Below are positions 34,874 through 42,811 of a stretch of 42,811 nt of DNA, in pieces (the stretch's first letter is position 1; the number at the start of each line of letters is the position of its first letter). The translations under genes were made by a program, and so were the position numbers. Origin of the DNA: Deltaproteobacteria bacterium (lineage in GTDB: Bacteria; Myxococcota_A; UBA9160; UBA4427); NCBI GenBank assembly GCA_031400655.1, contig JANNQH010000073.1:1-42811 (forward strand), read 5' to 3'. The notes below the pieces were generated by a model. The model saw only the letters and a list, made by a program, of their open reading frames with translations. It did not search any database and was not told the origin of the DNA.

Positions 34874-36079
34874 ATGTTCCGCACAAACTCACCCGGCTCG
34901 ACGGTCGACGGTCACTTCACGAACGGCAACCCCGCTACGGGAACGCCCGCGACGGTCGTCGACGCGCCCTGGCTCAACATGGTCCAGGACGAGCTCGAGA
35001 ACGTGCTCGTCGCCGCGGGGATCGCGCCCAACCAGGCGAACTCCGGCCAACTTCTCGCCTCGATCCAGGCGCTCCTCGGCCTCGTCCCGGGCAACCGAAA
35101 CGCGCTGATCAATTCGGACTTCATCGTCTCGCAACGTGGCGCGATCTCGAACGTCGGCAATACCTACGGCACGGGTCCCGGTCGCTACACCGTCGATCGG
35201 TGGTTCCAAGGCGCCGACGTTGGCGCAGGCACGGGCGCCGCTTCCACGCAACGCGGAACCTTCTCGGTCGGGCAAACCGCGGTCCCGGGTGACCCGCTGT
35301 ACTTCCTCCACCATCAGCAAACCGCGGCGAGTTCCGCCGGCGCGCCGACGATCCTCCAGAAGATCGAGAGCGTCCGCGGGTGGACGAACAAGACGGCGAC
35401 CTTCCAGGTCTGGCTCAAGGCCGCGAGCGCGATCTCGGTCACCGCGCGAGTGACGCAGAACTTCGGCACCGGCGGAAGCCCCTCGTCTCCGGTCGTCGCC
35501 GGGAGCGCCGTCTTCGCGGTCACGACCTCGTGGCAACTCTTCACCGTGACCGTAACGCTCGCCTCGATTGCGGGGAAGACGCTCGGCACCGCGGGGAACG
35601 ACCACCTGCTCGTCGAGCTCGTGCTCCCCAACGCCGCGACCTTCACGCTCGACGTTGCTCGCCCGCAATTCGAAGCCGGATCGCAGGCCTCTTCGTTCGA
35701 ACCACGCCCGCTCGCCGACGAGATCGCGCTTTGCCGTCGGTATTACGAGAAGAGCTACGAGCTCACGACCGACCCTGCGACCGACACTCAACTCGGCGCG
35801 ACGCGCTTCTATGTCCAGACCGGGAGCGCGCAACCGCTCTGCATGGCAGACGTCGAGACGCGCTTTCTCGTCGAGAAGCGCGCGATCCCCGCGATCACTT
35901 GGTACGGCTTCCTCACGTTCAATCAAGCCGGCCAACTCTGGAGCGGCGCCGGCGGCTTCACCGTGACCGGCACCAACAGCCCGAGCAAGCGCTGCACGGG
36001 ACACCCGTCGGTCACGTCGGGCGCCACCGCTTCGAACACCGTCGCCGGCGGACATTGGACCGCGGAAGCCGAGCTCTAG
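34874..36079 (+). CDS. Tail fibre protein (Mu gp49-like N-terminus)
   Basis: FTNGNP.TG.PATVV.A.WLN.VQ.EL attachment domain; NALINSDF...DRW...EIALCRRYYE distal domain. Confidence 0.85.
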   Translation: MFRTNSPGSTVDGHFTNGNPATGTPATVVDAPWLNMVQDELENVLVAAGIAPNQANSGQLLASIQALLGLVPGNRNALINSDFIVSQRGAISNVGNTYGTGPGRYTVDRWFQGADVGAGTGAASTQRGTFSVGQTAVPGDPLYFLHHQQTAASSAGAPTILQKIESVRGWTNKTATFQVWLKAASAISVTARVTQNFGTGGSPSSPVVAGSAVFAVTTSWQLFTVTVTLASIAGKTLGTAGNDHLLVELVLPNAATFTLDVARPQFEAGSQASSFEPRPLADEIALCRRYYEKSYELTTDPATDTQLGATRFYVQTGSAQPLCMADVETRFLVEKRAIPAITWYGFLTFNQAGQLWSGAGGFTVTGTNSPSKRCTGHPSVTSGATASNTVAGGHWTAEAEL

Positions 36080-36100
36080 TTCTCAAGCAAGGAAACGAAA

Positions 36101-36622
36101 ATGGCTTACACCTACGCTTACACCGGAGTCGGAAGTCCCTCGACGGTCCTGCGCTCCGACGGCTCCGAGTTCCCGCAAGACCCGGGGAACGTGATCTACC
36201 AGGAGTGGCTCGCGTTCACGGCCGGCGGCGGTTCGACGACCGCGGCGCCGACGGTCACGCTCGCGGCGCGCAAGCTCGCGGCGCAAGCGTACTTGCGCGA
36301 TCGCGCCGCCGACCTGCGCCTCACGGCGCTCGGGTCTCGACAGGCCGACTCGGTCTTCCAAGCGCTGCGCTTCCGCGAGGCGCAGGATTGCGAGGCCGAC
36401 GGATCGCCAACCGAGGGCGAGTATCCCCTGCTCGCCGCCGAGATCGGCTCGAACGGCGCGAACCTCGACGAGGTGCACGACAACGTGCTCGCCGAGCTCG
36501 CGACTCTCAAGACCGACCTTGTCGCAATCGAGGAAGTCCGGATCGGAGCGCACGACGACGTGGAGGGCGCGGCCGACGCGGTCGATATCGACGCGATCCT
36601 CGCGGCGGTCGTCTGGCCGTAG
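36101..36622 (+). CDS. Tail fibre assembly/chaperone protein
   Basis: P.DPGN..YQEWL...YPLLAAE...WP C-terminus; follows the fibre gene. Confidence 0.7.
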   Translation: MAYTYAYTGVGSPSTVLRSDGSEFPQDPGNVIYQEWLAFTAGGGSTTAAPTVTLAARKLAAQAYLRDRAADLRLTALGSRQADSVFQALRFREAQDCEADGSPTEGEYPLLAAEIGSNGANLDEVHDNVLAELATLKTDLVAIEEVRIGAHDDVEGAADAVDIDAILAAVVWP

Positions 36623-36680
36623 TCGCCGGCCCGTAAGTCTGGCGCGACGAGCGGCGTAGATCCCGCCGGGTCGAAAGGGG

Positions 36681-36716
36681 TTGAAGCGCCGCGGCGCAGA
36701 GCGCAGGCTCGCCGGC
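36681..36716 (+). promoter_or_regulatory. Leaderless-type promoter of the signal-peptide gene
   Basis: TTGAAG-N17-CAGGCT-N7-ATG. Confidence 0.55.
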
Positions 36717-38318
36717 ATGAAGACTCCCTACACCCTCACGACGTTCCTCGCCGCCGCCTTCGCTCTCTTCTTCGGACCTCTCGCCGGCCTAGCAATCGCG
36801 CAGGGTCCCGCGCTGCCCGACGGGCTCGCGCAGGATCCGCGCATGACCTGGCGCCCGACGCTCAATCCGACCGCGACGGTCGAGATTGACGCCCTCGGCA
36901 CCGTCACCAACTGGCGAAGCGGCTCGGCCGTCGCCGTGCCGCTCAACGGGCGAGCGCCGATCGCGGTCGCGGTCGAGCAACTCCAAAACAACGCCGGCGA
37001 GTGGATCGGCTTCTTCGGCAACCAGGGCTCGGTCAAGATCGGAGCCAGGGTCGACAAGGACGAGACCGCGCGCGCGAGCGGGTATCAGGGAATCTCGGTC
37101 GTCGGGCTCGACACCGATCCGCACTCGAGCGAGGGCTCGGTCCTCTCGGGCTTCGCCCTGGCGCAGTACATCGGCCACAACCGCGACGTCGCGTTCCTGA
37201 ATCTGACGATCGACTCGTGGACGAACCGACCGTGCACAACCGCGGCGCACGCGAACCCGACCTTCGGGAACCTGTACCTCGAGCGGATCAAGGTGCTCTC
37301 CATCGGGCGCGACCAGCAAGGACTCACCGCGAAGGGCGGCGCGCTGACGACTTGGGTCGCGCGTCTTGAAGGTCACGTTCGATCGCACTTCCTCGACGTG
37401 AAGATGGTCGGCGGCGTCGTCGAGGGCGACGGCATCGCCGGCACGGTCGAGCACGGCGTCTATCAGAACGGGCCGCCCGGCGATTCGGAGTTCGTCGACT
37501 GCTCCTTCCACGGGTGCGCGATCTCGGCGCTCTACTTCGTGACGCGCTACATGGATCGGATTGATCTCGGCTCGAGTTACGGAGAGCGCTTCGGCTTTGG
37601 GAAGCTCTACGTCGAGGACCTCGAGGCGATCGACTGCGGAAGGAACGGGAGCTTCGCCTTCAACGTCTGCGGCGGCGTGCTCGACGTGACGCTGAAGAAC
37701 TACCACTACCGCGTCAACCGCGACACGGGCTCGCCGACGCCGCCGAAGTGGGCCGGCGGAGCGTGCCAGTTCTACACCGATCACAAGGCCTACGAGCTCG
37801 ACACGAGCGCGGGAATGCCGACGGGCTCGAACGCCGTTCCGAAAGCGCTCGGCTACTCGCTCGCGACGCACACGAGCCTCCCAATGTCCGACGGCGTGCA
37901 AGCGCTCGTCGACTCTGGCGCGCTGCCCTGGGACGGCTACGGCTCGGGGCGCTCGCTCACCGTGATCGGAGGGAGGTTTGAGGTCGCGAACTTGACGCCC
38001 CCGCTTTTCAGCCTGCGCGACGTGAGGCTCGTCTCCTTCGTCCAATCCGACGCCGACGCGGACTCGTTCCAGGTCTCCGGCCTGGGCGGCGGGAAGGTGA
38101 TCGGTTTCGCCGGGTCGGGGATCTCGGCGCAGTGCGGGCCGGCGCAGAACCCGGCCTATCCGCCGGGCAAGGTCCCGCCGACGCTCGGCGCGGGCTGGAA
38201 TCAACAGGCCCGCTTCCTCTCGCGCAAACCGCCCTCGACTTGGATCGGCGGGAAAGTCAACATCGGCGCGACAACCGTCTCGCCGGCGGACCTCGACACC
38301 TGGGCGTGGAAACCCTGA
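36717..38318 (+). CDS. Signal-peptide-bearing exported protein, possible right-handed beta-helix
   Basis: MKTPYTLTTFLAAAFALFFGPLAGLAIA-QG Sec signal; DVAFLNLTI, NLYLERIKV, EHGVY, SEFVDCSFHGC, DVTLKNY beta-helix-like strands. Confidence 0.6.
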   Translation: MKTPYTLTTFLAAAFALFFGPLAGLAIAQGPALPDGLAQDPRMTWRPTLNPTATVEIDALGTVTNWRSGSAVAVPLNGRAPIAVAVEQLQNNAGEWIGFFGNQGSVKIGARVDKDETARASGYQGISVVGLDTDPHSSEGSVLSGFALAQYIGHNRDVAFLNLTIDSWTNRPCTTAAHANPTFGNLYLERIKVLSIGRDQQGLTAKGGALTTWVARLEGHVRSHFLDVKMVGGVVEGDGIAGTVEHGVYQNGPPGDSEFVDCSFHGCAISALYFVTRYMDRIDLGSSYGERFGFGKLYVEDLEAIDCGRNGSFAFNVCGGVLDVTLKNYHYRVNRDTGSPTPPKWAGGACQFYTDHKAYELDTSAGMPTGSNAVPKALGYSLATHTSLPMSDGVQALVDSGALPWDGYGSGRSLTVIGGRFEVANLTPPLFSLRDVRLVSFVQSDADADSFQVSGLGGGKVIGFAGSGISAQCGPAQNPAYPPGKVPPTLGAGWNQQARFLSRKPPSTWIGGKVNIGATTVSPADLDTWAWKP

Positions 38319-38331
38319 AAAGGAGACACTC

Positions 38332-38505
38332 ATGAACCTCGGCCTCGCGTACTGGATCGTCTTGTTCCTGTGGCTCCTGCTCGGCGCCGCTCCGATCTTC
38401 AAGAGCGGCGAGCGCTCGTGGTCGGGCATCGGCGGCGCGCTCTTCCCCTTCGTCGCGGCCGTGCTCATCGGATGGGCCGTCTTCGGGCCTCCGCTGCATC
38501 GGTAG
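38332..38505 (+). CDS. Small two-TM membrane protein (holin-like), 57 aa
   Basis: My translation MNLGLAYWIVLFLWLLLGAAPIFKSGERSWSGIGGALFPFVAAVLIGWAVFGPPLHR; AGGAG RBS; absent from the ORF track. Confidence 0.65.
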   Translation: MNLGLAYWIVLFLWLLLGAAPIFKSGERSWSGIGGALFPFVAAVLIGWAVFGPPLHR

Positions 38506-38541
38506 CGTGCTTCTTCCCTGGCTTCGAACTCGAACCTCTCC

Positions 38542-39069
38542 ATGAAAATCGAAAAGGCACTCGCGAGCCTCGTGCTCGCCTTCGTCGCGATCTTCTCGCT
38601 CCCGCACCTTCCAGGTTGCCAGTCGACGGGCGCCGCACTCGCGAACCTCGAAGCGCTCTCTGACGAGGACGCCGCGACGCTCGAGGCGCGCGCCGACCTG
38701 ATCACGAGGGTTCTCGCCGCGCGGCTCTTGAGCGATGCGCACCTCGACCCGCAGGTTCTCTCCGACGCCGCGCTCGCGCTCGAGCTCGCCGCCGGCGACC
38801 CGCTCGTCCTCGGCGGTCCGAACGTGCTTTCGAACGCGCTCGAGAAGGCCGGATTCACGAACCAGGAGGCGATCCTCTCGCTCCTGCTCGTCGAGGACTT
38901 CCTTCGCTCGCGCGTCTCCTGGGGGATGGCAGGGACGCCTCTCGGCCCGAGGGCCCGTCACCTCCTCGGCGTCGTCGCCGTCGCGCTGCGCGGCGCGGCA
39001 ACGGCCCTGGTGACCGAAGCCGAGAAGCGAGAAGCGGACAAGCTCCTCCCGGAGAAGGAACCTCGGTAG
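38542..39069 (+). CDS. Predicted lipoprotein
   Basis: Basic N-terminus, hydrophobic core, lipobox LPGC. Confidence 0.65.
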   Translation: MKIEKALASLVLAFVAIFSLPHLPGCQSTGAALANLEALSDEDAATLEARADLITRVLAARLLSDAHLDPQVLSDAALALELAAGDPLVLGGPNVLSNALEKAGFTNQEAILSLLLVEDFLRSRVSWGMAGTPLGPRARHLLGVVAVALRGAATALVTEAEKREADKLLPEKEPR

Positions 39070-39584
39070 TGGGGTCGGGCGCCTGGATCTTCCTCGCTTG
39101 GGCGACCGGCGGCTCCGCGGCTTTGGTCTTCGCGTTCTTCGCGGCGTGGAATGTTCCCCCCGCGAAGCAAGTTCCCCCGGATGCTCAGGGCTGGTCCACT
39201 TGGATCGAGCGCCTCGGCGTGCCCCTTGCGCTCCTCGTCGTCCTTACCTTCGCAATGTTTCGGCTCGCGAAGTGGGCGCGCCCGAAGGCCGACTCGCTAA
39301 TCGACGGGATGCTCTCGCGCGCGAACGCTCTTCCGGCCGTGATCGAGGCGCAGGTCCAACGCGATCGCGCCGAGGAGGCTCGCGACGCCAGCCTGATCGC
39401 CGCGGTCCAAAACCTTTCAACCTTGTGCGCACAACTCGCCGAGCGGGTGAACGCGCAAGCGAACCGAACGCAACTCGTCGTCGAACACGTTTCCACGCAG
39501 GTTGCCTCGCTGGATGCAATGCGGAGCGCGATCTCGCAACTCTCGAACAGCGTGCTCGAGCTCTCCCGTAACACGCCGAGGTAG
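39069..39584 (+). CDS. Membrane protein with two N-terminal TM segments and a coiled coil (holin/i-spanin-like)
   Basis: Two hydrophobic stretches followed by a heptad-rich helix. Confidence 0.55.
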   Translation: MGSGAWIFLAWATGGSAALVFAFFAAWNVPPAKQVPPDAQGWSTWIERLGVPLALLVVLTFAMFRLAKWARPKADSLIDGMLSRANALPAVIEAQVQRDRAEEARDASLIAAVQNLSTLCAQLAERVNAQANRTQLVVEHVSTQVASLDAMRSAISQLSNSVLELSRNTPR

Positions 39585-39587
39585 GAC

Positions 39588-40034
39588 ATGCCCCAATCGC
39601 GAGCTCGCAATCTTCCGACGCACCTCGTCGCCTTCGCGCTCGGGTTCCTCGCTTGGACGATGCTCCACTCCTGCGGCGTGACCGGACCCGACCTCGAGGC
39701 CTTTTCGAAGACGCAGGAGGCCTCGAACACTCGGATCTCCGCCGCGCTCGTGAAGCTCGGCGACGGCGTGATCTCGCCGGCGGAGGCGAAGGCCGTCGTC
39801 GACGACGCCGTGAAGACCAACGCCGCGGCGACGACCGCGACGATCAAGAAGCTCGAGGACCGGATCCTCTCGTGGTGGGACGTGGCGGTCACGGTTGCGC
39901 TCGGCTCGCTCACGGTCACCGGAACGGCGCTCGGAGTGCTCTCGCGTTGGCGCAACTCAACCCGCGAGACGCAAATAGAAGAGGCGATCGACCGGCGTCT
40001 CGCGCAATCGCGGCTCGCGCCGCCCGCGGCCTAG
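39588..40034 (+). CDS. Predicted lipoprotein with a C-terminal TM segment (u-spanin-like topology)
   Basis: LVAFALGFLAWTMLHSC signal/imperfect lipobox; WWDVAVTVALGSLTVTGTALGVL TM segment. Confidence 0.5.
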   Translation: MPQSRARNLPTHLVAFALGFLAWTMLHSCGVTGPDLEAFSKTQEASNTRISAALVKLGDGVISPAEAKAVVDDAVKTNAAATTATIKKLEDRILSWWDVAVTVALGSLTVTGTALGVLSRWRNSTRETQIEEAIDRRLAQSRLAPPAA

Positions 40035-40345
40035 ACGAGAACCTCGACGCCGCAGGCCGGGCAGCGCACGGTCCACGCCTTCAAGACTTCACCGCAGGAC
40101 GGGCAAACGACCTTGAACGGCGAAACCGGCAGGTCTGGAGACTGCTCGACGGGAAGCGGCGCGCCCGTGTAGCGCCCGAGCTCGTCGACGTTGGCGAGCT
40201 CCGCCGGAAACGGCACATCGCGAGGTTCGCCGGGATCCTCGAGCTCCTCGCTCCGACCGTAGCGCCGCACCCCGAGGAAGATCGCGAGGCCCACGAGCAC
40301 GAAAAACACCGCGTAAGCGGCGACGATGACGAGCGCGGTCTGCAT
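40031..40345 (-). CDS. Membrane-anchored Zn-ribbon protein
   Basis: N-terminal TM segment; C-terminal CPSC...CPAC. Confidence 0.65.
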   Translation of the reverse strand: MQTALVIVAAYAVFFVLVGLAIFLGVRRYGRSEELEDPGEPRDVPFPAELANVDELGRYTGAPLPVEQSPDLPVSPFKVVCPSCGEVLKAWTVRCPACGVEVLV

Positions 40346-40359
40346 GGCAGGCTCCCGAA

Positions 40360-40875
40360 TTAGAGGCCGAAGGTTGCACGGATCGACGCGGCGGCGGAGA
40401 CGCGCTCTTGCGCGGCGCGGACGTAGAGCGGGTGGCGAGGTTGACCGTTCGCGCAGTAGCCGAGGCAATCGACCGAGCGCGCGCGAAAGAGGATCTCGGC
40501 GACGTGCGCGCGCACCGTCGGCGGCCGCGGACCGATGCAAGCGCCCCACGCGAGCACGACCGCGGCGCCTTGGCAGGCCGTCGCGATCCATTCGGCGTTC
40601 TCCGGTCCGACCGGGTCGGCGGCGTGCATCAAGTCGGCCGGGTTCGTCGCGCGAAGGGCGTAGAGGTTGACGACGGAGAGCGAGCCGAACGCCCACCCGC
40701 GCGCGAAGCCGATGCACCGGCGGATCGTCGGGTCGTCGACGTCGCCGTCCGCGGTCGACGGGTTGAGCATGACGAACGTTACCCCGTTCTCCGACGCTCC
40801 CCAGCGTCGATAGAGGGCGTAGCGGAACGGGCCGGAGATCAACGCGCGCCGCTCGATCGGGGAAGGGTTGCTCAT
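40360..40875 (-). CDS. DUF1643 family protein
   Basis: RYALYRRW...FVMLNPSTAD...DDPTIRRC..FA..W...NLYALRATNP...AWG...PRHPLY. Confidence 0.9.
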   Translation of the reverse strand: MSNPSPIERRALISGPFRYALYRRWGASENGVTFVMLNPSTADGDVDDPTIRRCIGFARGWAFGSLSVVNLYALRATNPADLMHAADPVGPENAEWIATACQGAAVVLAWGACIGPRPPTVRAHVAEILFRARSVDCLGYCANGQPRHPLYVRAAQERVSAAASIRATFGL

Positions 40876-41876
40876 GGGTTGGAGCGTCGCGCCTTGCCGC
40901 CGAGCGTGCTCCCCGCCGGCGTCGAGGTCAACCCTTGCGGGAACTCGCGGACGCGCAGGTCGGCCGGCCACTCGTCGGGATCTCCGCCCTTGCGGTCGCG
41001 AAGCATGATTCCCTCGTAGTCGTCGCCGGTCCGCCGGTCCTCGAAGAGACCGCGCGAGGAGAACGGCCATCGGTCGAGCTCGTCGACGGAGCACGTCGGA
41101 CGGGCGCCGACTTGTTTGACGAACACCGCGACGCCGGCCTCTCGGCACTGTGCGACCACAGAGCGGATGCCGTCGACGTAGCACGCTCGCGCGCCTGGCC
41201 CGCTCTCGCCGCCGACGATCACCCAGTCGGCGCGGATCCCGGGAGGGTAATGCTCGAGGCAGAGATCCGTCGGCTCGAGCATCGGCTCGACGCTCAAGAA
41301 GCGAACGGCCGCCGGAGTATTCGCGAGGGCCGGCCATCGCGAGTCGAGAGCGTCCTGGTTCTCCACGCTCACGCCGAGCCAGACGTTCGGAAGGGGAAAC
41401 GGCACGAGCGAGAGGCCTTCGAACTCGAGCGCGAATCCGAGCTCGCGCGCCGCGGCCTTCCACGGCGCCGCGGAGCGCGATCGCCACTTGAGGTAATCGC
41501 GCATGCGATCGGCGCGCTTCGTGAGCACCTGGAACGTATGCCGGTTCGCGAACGCCATGACCGCGAAGACGCGGTCGATCGCGTCGTCGTCGAGCTTCTC
41601 GTGGAAGAGGTCGCTCATCGAATTGACGAACACTCGCCGCGGCCGAGTCCACGAGAGCGGCGCGCGGAGCTTGTCCGGGACGAGCTCGAGCTTCCCGGTC
41701 CAGCGTGGACCGCTCGGCGTGCGCTTCACGAACCCGTGCGCATACTGCCCAGGATCGGAGAAGCGCGCGGCCTGCCGCTCGGCGTAGCAATTCACACAAC
41801 CTGGCGAGATCCGCGAGCACCCGCGGACCGGGTTCCAGGTCGCGTCGGTCCACTCGATCTTGCTCTTGGCGCTCAC
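40872..41876 (-). CDS. Phage Gp37/Gp68 (DUF5131) family, radical-SAM-like
   Basis: IEWTDATWNP..GCSRISPGCVNCYA...FVNSMSDLFH...LTKR...WVIVGGESG...FVKQ. Confidence 0.93.
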   Translation of the reverse strand: MSAKSKIEWTDATWNPVRGCSRISPGCVNCYAERQAARFSDPGQYAHGFVKRTPSGPRWTGKLELVPDKLRAPLSWTRPRRVFVNSMSDLFHEKLDDDAIDRVFAVMAFANRHTFQVLTKRADRMRDYLKWRSRSAAPWKAAARELGFALEFEGLSLVPFPLPNVWLGVSVENQDALDSRWPALANTPAAVRFLSVEPMLEPTDLCLEHYPPGIRADWVIVGGESGPGARACYVDGIRSVVAQCREAGVAVFVKQVGARPTCSVDELDRWPFSSRGLFEDRRTGDDYEGIMLRDRKGGDPDEWPADLRVREFPQGLTSTPAGSTLGGKARRSNP

Positions 41877-42256
41877 GGCCTGGCCGTCCACTCGATCGCC
41901 GGCTCATGGTGGCGCGCCTGCGGCGAGAGTTCGCCGGCGGCGTTCACGTCGAAGCAAGGGATCCCGAGGTAGTGCGCGACCGTGCGCTCCGCGCAGGAGC
42001 CGCGCGACTTGCGCCACCCGGGCAGGAACGCGACGCCCTCGCTCTCCATGACGCTCTCGAGGTCCCACCGAAAGAGAGCGTGGAAGTCCTCCGGCTCGTA
42101 GGCCTCGTTCAATTCGCCGAAGCCGTGCGCGCGAGCGTGCTCGACCGGGTTCGCGACAACATGACCGGCGGCGCGCAGTGCGGCCGCGGCCGAGTCGAAG
42201 GCCGGGTAATTGTTCAGGGGAAGTCCGCGGATCGGTCCGGCGAGGTAGAGCTTCAT
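41873..42256 (-). CDS. DUF4406 family (nucleoside 2-deoxyribosyltransferase-like fold)
   Basis: MKLYLAGPIRG...N.PAF...NP...LPGW..S.G...E. Confidence 0.85.
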   Translation of the reverse strand: MKLYLAGPIRGLPLNNYPAFDSAAAALRAAGHVVANPVEHARAHGFGELNEAYEPEDFHALFRWDLESVMESEGVAFLPGWRKSRGSCAERTVAHYLGIPCFDVNAAGELSPQARHHEPAIEWTARP

Positions 42257-42811
42257 TCAATCCCTTCGAAGTTGAGAACGTCCTGGGCGAGGCGCTTCGT
42301 CGCGATCCGGCAATAGGCCGGGTCGAGTTCAATCCCGACCGCGCGACACTGCTCGAGCTTCGCCGCGACGAGCGTCGAGCCAGAACCCGCGAACGGGTCG
42401 AGCACGATCGCGCCGGCGGGAGTGACGAGGCGCACGAGGTAGCGCATGAGGTCGAGCGGCTTGACGGTCGGATGCGTGTTCGAGTGTCCGCGGTCGGCGC
42501 GGTCGGCCTTCGCCGTGTAGAAAAAGCGCGCCGCGGATCCGCCGGCGTCGGCGTGTCCGAAGGTAACGTTCGGCCGCTCCTCTCCCTTCGCGACGCTCTC
42601 GAAGGCGCCGTTATTGCGCGGAGCGTCGGAGCCTGGCTCGGTCTCGGGGAAGAGTGCCAGGACCTCGTCGGACCCGTCGTGGATCAAGTTCGCCGGGAAG
42701 CGCCCGACGTGCTCGCCGCTCTCGCGCTCGCTCGTGTCGCCGCGCGAGTCGCCGTAGCGGCCGCCGCGCATGTTCGGATTGCCTTCGACCTTGATCCGCT
42801 CCGAGCCGATC
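42253..42811 (-). CDS. DNA methyltransferase, 3' part (joins 1-1112)
   Basis: GRFPAN...RFFYTAKA...HPTVKPLDLMRYLVRLVTP...VLDPFAGSGST (SAM-binding FxGxG). Confidence 0.9.
   Translation of the reverse strand, partial: IGSERIKVEGNPNMRGGRYGDSRGDTSERESGEHVGRFPANLIHDGSDEVLALFPETEPGSDAPRNNGAFESVAKGEERPNVTFGHADAGGSAARFFYTAKADRADRGHSNTHPTVKPLDLMRYLVRLVTPAGAIVLDPFAGSGSTLVAAKLEQCRAVGIELDPAYCRIATKRLAQDVLNFEGIE
42671..42811. repeat. Terminal direct repeat (right copy)
   Basis: Identical to 1-141. Confidence 0.95.

Noticed and set aside
25806-36079. Mu-like transposable phage
   Set aside because: Only the tail is Mu-like; no MuA/MuB transposase genes, and the head/packaging module is lambda-like
9-42316. 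Many long antisense or alternate-frame ORFs (e.g. 9-1193+, 20413-22017-, 27901-29610-, 36789-38858-)
   Set aside because: Arg/Ala/Pro-rich shadow ORFs expected at high GC, overlapping well-supported genes
1-42811. Very frequent CTCGAG/TCGA/CGCG words as a special signal
   Set aside because: Explained by codon preference (CTC-GAG, GTC-GAC, GCG); I could not quantify any excess
1-42811. tRNA or tmRNA genes
   Set aside because: No cloverleaf with a proper T-arm and acceptor stem seen in the intergenic spacers; tRNAscan-SE/ARAGORN would confirm

Overview
The window is an apparently complete, circularly permuted ~42,670-bp GC-rich tailed-phage genome; bases 1-141 are repeated exactly at 42671-42811, most likely an assembly overlap. 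It pairs a lambda-like packaging/head module (Nu1-like TerS, GpA TerL, gpW, lambda-type portal, fused protease-major capsid protein, DUF2190, a candidate cos site) with a Mu-like contractile tail and baseplate (gpL, gpM, gp41 with frameshift, tape measure, gpN, gp44-gp49). A leftward early arm runs across the junction: Lar-like, J-domain, ParB, MazG fusion, N6/N4 DNA methyltransferase, DUF4406, DUF5131 and DUF1643. I recognised no integrase, polymerase or canonical endolysin. DnaA-box-like motifs and hairpins precede a putative Rep. The most unusual feature is a separate structural-looking operon at 9134-14339 built around a protein with ~22 tandem 20-24-aa repeats; single copies of the same repeat are appended to a BppU-like protein and to the C-terminus of the baseplate wedge gp48, suggesting a repeat-templated fibre that docks on the baseplate. 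Also notable are a set of -35/N17/-10/N7/start leaderless promoters on individual genes, and an endolysin-less lysis-position cassette headed by a signal-peptide beta-helix-like protein. All family assignments come from motif recognition by eye, not from database searches.
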